DNA from: a candidate division WOR-3 bacterium
GTDB lineage: Bacteria > Hydrothermota > Tepidihabitantia > SM23-42 > JAOAFX01
Direction: 5' to 3'
Length of the DNA: 41,355 bases
NCBI GenBank assembly: GCA_039802265.1
Contig: JBDRWI010000012.1
Span: 1-41,355, forward strand
The notes under the pieces are model-generated. The model ran no database searches. It worked only from the letters and a program-made list of their open reading frames with translations, and was not told the DNA's origin. Positions 1-7,094 of this stretch are shown here, piece by piece; the first letter of the stretch is position 1, and each line of letters opens with the position of its first letter. Both the position numbers and the translations under genes were made by a program.

Positions 1-89
1 GTATTGGCGGGTTTGGGGAGAATCACCTGCCCGCTCTGTGCCCAGCCAATGGCGCATAAAAGAACCAGGGAAAGAAAAAACTTAACCAT
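1..89 (-). CDS. 5' fragment of a secreted protein (MVKFFLSLVLLCAIGWAQSGQVILPKPAN...), runs off the window edge
   Basis: Not in the ORF track. ATG at 89, SD GAGGAGGAG within 92-100, Sec-type signal peptide, perfect promoter at 109-136. Confidence 0.75.
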   Translation of the reverse strand, partial: MVKFFLSLVLLCAIGWAQSGQVILPKPAN

Positions 90-108
90 AACTCCTCCTC
101 TGCTAAAT

Positions 109-136
109 ATTATAACTAATTTATAGCTTTTGTCAA
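109..136 (-). promoter_or_regulatory. sigma70 promoter TTGACA-N16-TATAAT
   Basis: TGTCAA 131-136 and ATTATA 109-114 on the + strand; 12/12 consensus. Confidence 0.8.
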
Positions 137-165
137 GGGGACGATTTCATACCCTATTCAATCGC

Positions 166-193
166 TTGACACTGCCTCTCTTCTGGCTATAAT
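166..193 (+). promoter_or_regulatory. sigma70 promoter TTGACA-N16-TATAAT for the riboswitch-btuB transcript
   Basis: TTGACA 166-171, TATAAT 188-193; the riboswitch closing stem begins at 200. Confidence 0.85.
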
Positions 194-199
194 TGGCGT

Positions 200-387
200 G
201 CTGGCGGATGCCAAGGGAAGTGCTGTGAAAATCAGCCGCAGTCGCCGCTACTGTGAAGCCGGTGGATAGTTCCACCATGACCATGTTCAAAAAATATTGA
301 CCATGGTCATATCCTGATAAATAAAGCCACTGTCTTTAGAGACGGGAAGGCGTCAGGATGGACAAGCCAGGAGACCTATCCTCCAGC
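200..387 (+). promoter_or_regulatory. Cobalamin (B12) riboswitch aptamer
   Basis: AGGGAA 214-219; GCAG-TCGCCGCTA-CTGT 238-254; GCCACTG 326-332; GGGAAGG 344-350; B12 box AAGCCAGGAGACCT 364-377; closing stem GCTGG/CCAGC; lies upstream of a TonB-dependent receptor. Confidence 0.93.
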
Positions 388-397
388 AAAAAAGGAA

Positions 398-417
398 TCC
401 TTCGGACGAAAGGAGGT
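398..417 (+). promoter_or_regulatory. Riboswitch expression platform: hairpin overlapping the SD
   Basis: TCCTT 398-402 pairs with AAGGA 410-414, overlapping SD AGGAGGT 411-417. Loop CGGACGA is complementary, with one bulge, to aptamer loop TCGCCG 242-247. Confidence 0.7.
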
Positions 418-422
418 GCCTT

Positions 423-2129
423 ATGATTCCTCTGATCTTCTTATTTTCTCCGCTTTTCCTATTTGGAGAACAAATCTATTATGAGTTGGATACTATTTAT
501 GTGACGGCCTCGCGTTATAAAATCGACATTTTCCATACACCGTTCGGCGTAGAAATTCTGCCTGAAGGGGAGACATCGCTTACTGAGCGATTGTTAAAGA
601 TTTCCGGTATCTCCATCCTTGATTACGGTAATCTCACCACAATCGCAGTAAAAGGACCCAATAATAAATCTACCACGGTCGCACTGAACGATATTCCTCT
701 TAATTCTTCCCAATCCGGAGACTTTGATATCTCCCTTATTCCTTCTTATTTCATTGGAGAAGGATACATTACTAATACGAGCCTCGCTGGTCTGCAACTA
801 TCCGGGAATCTCGGGAATACTGCTTCATTTTATACAAAAGATAAAGAGGAAGGCATAATCATAAAAAAGGGGAGCTTCGGGAGGTTCGGTGCTGGTGGAA
901 TCTTGAGCCTTTTTTCAACTACTGGAGGATTTTATCTGGAAGATAATAAAAATAGATACCCATTTAGGGATGAATTTAATAATCTCCACTATCGCGAAAA
1001 TGCTCAATACCGCCACTGGGCGGGTTATTTGACATCAAATGCACCGGCTAAAATCAATCTCTTCTGGACATTGCGTAATGCAGATATCCCGGAAAAGTTA
1101 GGAAGTGTAGCAGGATTGCCCCATAAAGATGAAGGTCTGTTAGCAGGTTCATTTTTTTATGACACAAGGGCATTAAGAATTGGGAGTTATGGAAATTTTT
1201 ATTGTTTGGATTATAAAGATACCATCTTTGGTAATGACCGGCATAAGAGCTTGAGTGGTGGGTTGGATTTTTCTTTTAAATCAGAAAATAGAGAATTGGG
1301 ATTTTTTTTGAAAAAGGAGTCAGCATCATCGACAAAAATTGGCGAACATTCAAGAATTAATGCCGGGATAGACTTCTCGCAACGACTGAAAGTCAAATTC
1401 TTCTCTTCTCTGCCTTCGGTAAAGATAGCCGTTACAAACGAAAGACTTTTTAGTTTCAGCATCTTTTTGCCTTTTTTATATTTTTTAAGAGAAAATCTTG
1501 GTACCTACCACAATCTTGCATTTGGTTATAGATATCCTACGCTGAATGAACTCTATTGGCCTGAAGATAATTTTTCTGAAGGTAATCCCGATTTGAAAAA
1601 TGAGACTGAAATTACAGTGGAAACCGGCGTGCGTTATGTCTCATCTTACTTTCTTAAGTTGGGGGCGTTTCTTAAATTCGGAGAGGATATAATAATCTGG
1701 ATGCCCGGTAATGATGGAAAGTGGCGGCCCTACAATTCTCCAAAATTCCGCGCCTGGGGTCTGGATTGGAGCAGTTCTCTGGAATCTCCATTAAACATCT
1801 CATTTGGTTATAGCCTATTCTCTGGTCAGATAGATGGCTCCGTAATACCCTATCGACCCGAGCACAACATTAATCTAAATATAGAAAAATTGGGATTCTT
1901 TAGTGAAGTTTTATTCCTGCTAAAGAGACCAGCCAATCCCTCGGGTCTTTCATTCCTAAAGGATGTTTATTTTATCAATTTCGGCTACCATTTTACCCGA
2001 AAAATTGCAAATTTATCCTGGGCAATTGACAGCCGAATCAAAAATATCCTTGATAAAAACTACCAATTTGTTGAAGGATATCCCCAGCCAGGGAGACACT
2101 ATGAAATTACCCTGAAGATAAATTGGTGA
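423..2129 (+). CDS. btuB: TonB-dependent outer-membrane receptor, probable cobalamin transporter
   Basis: Signal peptide, TonB-box-like DTIYVTASR, NPDLKNE motif, C-terminal GYPQPGRHYEITLKINW; directly under a B12 riboswitch. Confidence 0.8.
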   Translation: MIPLIFLFSPLFLFGEQIYYELDTIYVTASRYKIDIFHTPFGVEILPEGETSLTERLLKISGISILDYGNLTTIAVKGPNNKSTTVALNDIPLNSSQSGDFDISLIPSYFIGEGYITNTSLAGLQLSGNLGNTASFYTKDKEEGIIIKKGSFGRFGAGGILSLFSTTGGFYLEDNKNRYPFRDEFNNLHYRENAQYRHWAGYLTSNAPAKINLFWTLRNADIPEKLGSVAGLPHKDEGLLAGSFFYDTRALRIGSYGNFYCLDYKDTIFGNDRHKSLSGGLDFSFKSENRELGFFLKKESASSTKIGEHSRINAGIDFSQRLKVKFFSSLPSVKIAVTNERLFSFSIFLPFLYFLRENLGTYHNLAFGYRYPTLNELYWPEDNFSEGNPDLKNETEITVETGVRYVSSYFLKLGAFLKFGEDIIIWMPGNDGKWRPYNSPKFRAWGLDWSSSLESPLNISFGYSLFSGQIDGSVIPYRPEHNINLNIEKLGFFSEVLFLLKRPANPSGLSFLKDVYFINFGYHFTRKIANLSWAIDSRIKNILDKNYQFVEGYPQPGRHYEITLKINW

Positions 2130-2140
2130 AAGGAGAAAAG

Positions 2141-3127
2141 ATGAATAGATACTACATTATTTTATCTGCCATCCTTTACATCCTGGGATGCGCCCATAAA
2201 GAAGCGGGGAAGGGCGATGTATATCTCCTTCTCCAGAATGCAAAAGGGGTTGCTATATATGACCCTAATGAAGATAGTCTATATACCGGCGTCATTACCA
2301 CCGGTACCACCCCCAATTACCTCCTCTTCGCTGATGAATATGGTTATATCGTCAACTCCGGATTTGGAGGAACGCCGAGCATTCAAGTCTTTAGTGTTAA
2401 AAATAACGAATTGGCCTCCACCTATCCGCTGCCCCAAGGGTCAAACCCTTATGCAGTGGCACTTTTAGAAAAGGATATGTATATAACCTCCTATATCTTC
2501 AATAGGGTCTACATCCTCAATGAATATGGAACAATTACTGATTCCCTGAATGTGGGTCGCTCACCAGAAGGGATAATAAGTGACAGTAGTAAAATCTATG
2601 TAGCATGTGCAAATGTTTCTTATGATACCGCTGGATATCCAGTATATGGTGATGCCTATCTCTATGTGATTGAGGGGAAAAGTGTAAAAGATAGTATAAG
2701 GGTTGGCAAGAATGCCCAGTGGGTACAGCGAGATGGAGATAATATTATTGTGCTTTCCACCGGTGATTACGGAATGACCCAGACGGGCAGGTTATACATC
2801 ATTCAGGATGAACAATTGAAGGACTCTGTTGATATTGGAGGCTCACCTGGATACTTTGTAGTTAAAAACAGCAAGGCATATATTGTGGGCTGGTCTGACT
2901 CGCTAAAGATTGTAGATTTAAAAAACAAACAGGGCATTAAGATTGCACTCGATACCTTGGGCGGATTTATGAGTTGTGACATTGACGAAGATGGAAGGGT
3001 CTTCGTTGTCCAGGGAGATTGGACAGGTCAGAATAATAATCTCATCATCATCGAAAATAATGTCATAATCAAGCGAATCCCCTTAGGGAATGCAACTGGT
3101 GCAGGTTTCGTAAGAGTAAAGGACTGA
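2141..3127 (+). CDS. YncE/BtuG-like beta-propeller lipoprotein
   Basis: Start moved from 2123 to ATG 2141 (SD AGGAG 2131-2135). Lipobox ILGC; repeated blade motifs (GTTPN, GSNPYAVA, VGRSPEGI, IGGSPG); follows btuB. Confidence 0.7.
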   Translation: MNRYYIILSAILYILGCAHKEAGKGDVYLLLQNAKGVAIYDPNEDSLYTGVITTGTTPNYLLFADEYGYIVNSGFGGTPSIQVFSVKNNELASTYPLPQGSNPYAVALLEKDMYITSYIFNRVYILNEYGTITDSLNVGRSPEGIISDSSKIYVACANVSYDTAGYPVYGDAYLYVIEGKSVKDSIRVGKNAQWVQRDGDNIIVLSTGDYGMTQTGRLYIIQDEQLKDSVDIGGSPGYFVVKNSKAYIVGWSDSLKIVDLKNKQGIKIALDTLGGFMSCDIDEDGRVFVVQGDWTGQNNNLIIIENNVIIKRIPLGNATGAGFVRVKD

Positions 3128-3208
3128 TTTAAAAATCCCTGGCTGGGTAGTATAATTATGATGCCTTCTTTAGTTGTTCATTATCCGAAAGGACGCCTTT
3201 CTTCGTAA

Positions 3209-3236
3209 TTGACAAAAGTTTCATACAGAGTATAAT
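3209..3236 (+). promoter_or_regulatory. sigma70 promoter TTGACA-N16-TATAAT upstream of recJ
   Basis: TTGACA 3209-3214, TATAAT 3231-3236. Confidence 0.8.
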
Positions 3237-3241
3237 ACCCC

Positions 3242-3343
3242 GTGGAAATCTTGAAGAAAAATATCTCCTTTCAATTACCGGCAATTTCACTACTTATGGA
3301 TTTACGAATAAAGAATGTTATTAAGATATGCATAATTGGTTGA
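3242..3343 (+). CDS. Candidate leaderless 33-aa uORF (MEILKKNISFQLPAISLLMDLRIKNVIKICIIG) overlapping the recJ start
   Basis: GTG lies exactly 5 nt after the -10 box, as for five longer genes in this window; TGA at 3341-3343. Confidence 0.3.
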   Translation: MEILKKNISFQLPAISLLMDLRIKNVIKICIIG

Positions 3344-5019
3344 GCAAGGATAAATCAGTTGAGGCAAAGGATATTACAATCAGGGGGAAAAAAATTCCCA
3401 AAATTATTGTTCAAATTCTTAGGAATCGTGGATATGATACACCAGAAAAGATCGAAGAATTCTTTGCCCCTTCATTAAGAAATCTACCCGACCCATTTCT
3501 CTTATCCGATATGGAAAAGGCGGTTAATAGAATTGCCCAGGCAAAAAAACGAAGGGAAAAAGTCCTTATCCATGGCGATTATGATACCGATGGTATTACT
3601 GGAGTTGCCCTGCTGTATAGAAATCTGAGGGACTTGGGTATTGATGTAGAACACTACATACCCCATCGCCTGATTGAGGGATATGGTGTATCGCGTAGTG
3701 GCATTGATTATGCAGTTAGTAAAAATTGCCAGTTAATGATAACGGTTGATTGTGGCATTTCCGCATTTGATGAAATCGCATATGCGAATTCAAAAAATCT
3801 TGATATAATTGTCTGTGACCACCACAAACCAAAGGAAGTCTTGCCACCGGCCCTTGCCGTACTCAATCCCAAGGTTTCCTCAGCCTACCCATTCAAGGAC
3901 CTGGCCGGAGTTGGTGTGGCATTTAAATTTATGCAGGGACTGTGGCGGCACCTTAGACTTCCCGAAGATGAACTCTATGAAGATTTAGACCTCGTTGCCC
4001 TGGGAAGTGTCGTGGATGTGGCACCTTTAACCGATGAAAATCGTTGTCTGGTAAAGTATGGGTTAAAGAAGATAGTAAATAGTAAAAAGGCAGGGTTTAA
4101 GGCATTACTTGAAGAAACCGGATTAAAAAAAGAGATCACTGCCTATCACCTTGGTTTTATAATTGGACCAAGGGTGAATGCCTGTGGTCGGTTGCGTGAT
4201 GCCCAGGAGGCACTTGAGCTATTCCTAACCGAAGATCCAGAGCGGGCAGCTGAGCTCGCCCGAAATCTGAGTGCCGATAATCAAAATCGCCAGAATATTG
4301 AGGAGATGATATTGGAACAAGCACGCCAGGCAATTGAAAGAGAGGGATTAAAGGAACACCGGGTAATTGTCATAGGTAGTGAAGAATGGCATGAAGGGGT
4401 GGTAGGACTTGTTGCATCCAAGATTGCTGAGGAATATGCCCGGGCAGCAATTGTCCTCTGTCTGAAAACAGATACCGCCAAAGGCTCTGCCCGTTCAGTG
4501 CCGGGATTTGATATCACCGAGGCACTTACCAACTGTCATAACCTTTTGATTAAATATGGTGGCCACAAACAGGCCGCCGGACTTGAATTAAAAAAAGAAA
4601 ACCTTTTGCCACTACGGGAATGTATCAATCAATACGCCCAGAGATTTGATTCCAACATCTTTTTAAAGAAACATTATTACGATTTAAAACTTGACCTGAA
4701 GGAACTCACCCCGGATGTAGTATATTTTTTGAAATTCTTTGAACCAACCGGAAATGAAAATCCGCAACCTGTCTTCTTGGGCAAGGATTTTGAGGTCGTC
4801 GGTGAACCACGGGTAGTCGGTGAAGACCATCTGAAATTTGGGGTGCGGAAAGATGGCTTTTCATTTCAGTGTATTGCCTATGGCCGCGCCAGCGACATCC
4901 TCAACCTTATTCCGGGTAAGACCAGAATAGATTGTCTTTACACAGTCTCGGAGGATTCATTCATTGGAAAAAGAAAAGTTGTATTAAAGATAAAAGAGTT
5001 GAGAAGGTGTGGCAGTTAA
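3328..5019 (+). CDS. recJ: ssDNA-specific exonuclease RecJ
   Basis: GDYDTDG, ITVDCG, DHH, GSARS and GGH motifs of the DHH/DHHA1 family; C-terminal OB region. Confidence 0.96.
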   Translation: MHNWLSKDKSVEAKDITIRGKKIPKIIVQILRNRGYDTPEKIEEFFAPSLRNLPDPFLLSDMEKAVNRIAQAKKRREKVLIHGDYDTDGITGVALLYRNLRDLGIDVEHYIPHRLIEGYGVSRSGIDYAVSKNCQLMITVDCGISAFDEIAYANSKNLDIIVCDHHKPKEVLPPALAVLNPKVSSAYPFKDLAGVGVAFKFMQGLWRHLRLPEDELYEDLDLVALGSVVDVAPLTDENRCLVKYGLKKIVNSKKAGFKALLEETGLKKEITAYHLGFIIGPRVNACGRLRDAQEALELFLTEDPERAAELARNLSADNQNRQNIEEMILEQARQAIEREGLKEHRVIVIGSEEWHEGVVGLVASKIAEEYARAAIVLCLKTDTAKGSARSVPGFDITEALTNCHNLLIKYGGHKQAAGLELKKENLLPLRECINQYAQRFDSNIFLKKHYYDLKLDLKELTPDVVYFLKFFEPTGNENPQPVFLGKDFEVVGEPRVVGEDHLKFGVRKDGFSFQCIAYGRASDILNLIPGKTRIDCLYTVSEDSFIGKRKVVLKIKELRRCGS

Positions 5020-5672
5020 TAACCGAAGATAATCTCAAATATTTCCAGTTGCAATACGGAAATTACCTGCTTATTTATTCTACCAAATACAGTGAGGAAA
5101 AATTCCTAAAAAAATTTAATCCGGTATTTCTAAAACAGATCCATTCAGATATTATCGTGGATATTGACCGTCCAGCAGAGATGATCGGCGATGGTCTAAT
5201 GACAAGGACCGACCGACCCATCGGCATTAAGGTGGCAGATTGCCTGCCGGTATACCTCTTTGACGGTGAAAAGATTTGTATTTTGCATTGTGGCTGGCGC
5301 TCGCTCTTTAGGGGAATCTTAAAGAATGTGCTGCAAATCTTCAAAGACTATAAATACGCCCTCGGTTCAGCAATTGGACCCTGCTGTTATGAAATCAAAG
5401 ATGATGTTGCCGATATATTCAATAAAAAATTTTCCGGTTCATTAATCTATAAAGATAAAAAAATCTTTCTGGACCTGAAAAAGGCAGTTATCAAAATTTT
5501 GGGCAATGAAAATCTTATTGGCAATTTAGACTATTGCACCAAGTGCCACCCCGAATACTTCTATTCCTACCGGGGTGGGGATGTAAACAAAAGGAATTAC
5601 GCGGTCATTCTCCAATTACATCCAGGCAATCTTTTCGTCAAGGGCATAGAATCGATCCGCAAGTTCAATTAA
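5007..5672 (+). CDS. pgeF: YfiH/PgeF laccase-domain protein
   Basis: LKQIHSD, VADCLPV, HCGWR, IGPCCYE and CTKC...YSYR motifs. Start probably GTG 5007 rather than TTG 4932, which lies deep inside recJ. Confidence 0.88.
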   Translation: MWQLITEDNLKYFQLQYGNYLLIYSTKYSEEKFLKKFNPVFLKQIHSDIIVDIDRPAEMIGDGLMTRTDRPIGIKVADCLPVYLFDGEKICILHCGWRSLFRGILKNVLQIFKDYKYALGSAIGPCCYEIKDDVADIFNKKFSGSLIYKDKKIFLDLKKAVIKILGNENLIGNLDYCTKCHPEYFYSYRGGDVNKRNYAVILQLHPGNLFVKGIESIRKFN

Positions 5673-7025
5673 ATCGTAGGCGGTGTTTTTAGGAAAGGAA
5701 TAGACCTCTACCCTTTTCCCCTTTGACTTGATATATGCCGCCAAAGGAACAAAGTCTCCATCTCCAGAGGCAAGAACAACTGTATCAATTTTATCCAAGA
5801 GATTTAAGATATCGAGGGCAATGCCCATATCCCAGTTTGCCTTTGCTGAGCCATCACTCCGATAGCGGGGTTCTTTTGTTTTAACTTCAAAACCGATTTT
5901 CTCAAGAACGGTAATGAATGCAGTTATGTCCCTTTCAGGTGATTTTACTACATAGGCAACTGCCTTTACAAGATGCCGATTCTGCCCCACGACCAATGAA
6001 AGCAATTTTTCGTAACTGACTTTGCCATTAAAGCATTCCCGGGCTGAGTGATAGAGATTTTCAGCATCAACAAAGATAGCTATACGTTCAACCACCGATT
6101 TTTTCGGTTCTTCCTTTACTGGTATCTTTGTGTCTAAAATCTGTTTTTTTACCTCCTCAATGAATGATTGTTTTAAATCGGTAAGATACCTTTCTTCATA
6201 CGCCATCAATTCACCAATAATCTTTTTTAATTCAGAAATCTGATTAAAGATACTCATTTCTAACTTCTCGGGAAGATTTAAGAGCGCCTCTTCTTTCTTG
6301 CTAATCTTTTCAGCATGATACAATATCTTTTCAATTCCTTTCTGCAAATGTCTGATTTCTACTTTCTCCTCAGGGGGTTGCTTTTGCTCGGATAGCTTCA
6401 TAAATTCCCGTGCCAGGTTTTCTTTCTCTTCCTTCAATTCATTATATGCCCTGTTTAATTTCTTATTTTCCTCTTGCAACTTCATAATTGTTTCGTTTAA
6501 TTTCTTTTTTATCTCATCTTTTTCCCTGAGCATTGCAAGGAGTTGTTCATTCTCTTTTTTAACCTTTTCAAGGTCTATTTCTTCCCGCTTTTGAGCTGAT
6601 AAGAATTTTTTAAGAAACCAGTTACCCTCATCCAAAACCTCGTTACGATCGTCCAAAAGGAGGGCGAAGAGGACGAGATGACCGGTTTTAAAGTCCATAC
6701 CCTTTTCCAACTCCTCTTTTAGGGATCTCTTTATTTCAGCCGGGCTGAGGGTAGCAAACCTTTCCTGATATCGGGCAACCTTCTTTTTTAAAATCTTTAT
6801 TACTTCTTTACCCATCTCCGGGTCCTCGTAAAACTCATCTACAAAGGCTAGTGCAATTTCAAAATCAGGGATGGAAGAGATTCTTCTTCCAGGAAAGGTA
6901 AGTCCCAAAGAAGAAGATAATTTTAATAATTCATTACGGTTAAAGACAAATGGTATTAGCAAGGCGAACTCTTCAGGGGTCAAGATTTCAGTTATCCTTA
7001 TCCATAAATCTTGCAATGACGCCAT
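5616..7025 (-). CDS. NYN-domain (LabA/DUF88, PIN-like) protein with long N-terminal helical and coiled-coil region
   Basis: C-terminal IFVDAENLY, WDMGIALD, LASGDGDFVPL and GKRVEV; central E/K-rich coiled coil. Confidence 0.85.
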   Translation of the reverse strand: MASLQDLWIRITEILTPEEFALLIPFVFNRNELLKLSSSLGLTFPGRRISSIPDFEIALAFVDEFYEDPEMGKEVIKILKKKVARYQERFATLSPAEIKRSLKEELEKGMDFKTGHLVLFALLLDDRNEVLDEGNWFLKKFLSAQKREEIDLEKVKKENEQLLAMLREKDEIKKKLNETIMKLQEENKKLNRAYNELKEEKENLAREFMKLSEQKQPPEEKVEIRHLQKGIEKILYHAEKISKKEEALLNLPEKLEMSIFNQISELKKIIGELMAYEERYLTDLKQSFIEEVKKQILDTKIPVKEEPKKSVVERIAIFVDAENLYHSARECFNGKVSYEKLLSLVVGQNRHLVKAVAYVVKSPERDITAFITVLEKIGFEVKTKEPRYRSDGSAKANWDMGIALDILNLLDKIDTVVLASGDGDFVPLAAYIKSKGKRVEVYSFPKNTAYDLIELADRFYALDEKIAWM

Positions 7026-7030
7026 AGATA

Positions 7031-7058
7031 ATCATATAAAATAAAGTGGTTATGTCAA
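7031..7058 (-). promoter_or_regulatory. sigma70 promoter TTGACA-N16-TATGAT, leaderless to ATG 7025
   Basis: TGTCAA 7053-7058, ATCATA 7031-7036; 5 nt to the start codon. Confidence 0.75.
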
Positions 7059-7061
7059 TCG

Positions 7062-7089
7062 TTGACTTATCAATAAATTTTGATAAAAT
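7062..7089 (+). promoter_or_regulatory. sigma70 promoter TTGACT-N16-TAAAAT with extended TGn, leaderless to GTG 7095
   Basis: TTGACT 7062-7067, TGA 7081-7083, TAAAAT 7084-7089. Confidence 0.7.
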
Positions 7090-7094
7090 TTCCT

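Noticed and set aside
3151..3208. Extra TATAAT followed by a 16-codon ORF, and a GAAAGG/CCTTTC hairpin as terminator of the btu unit
   Set aside because: The -35 is poor, the ORF is tiny, and the hairpin has a 3-nt loop with no real U-tract.
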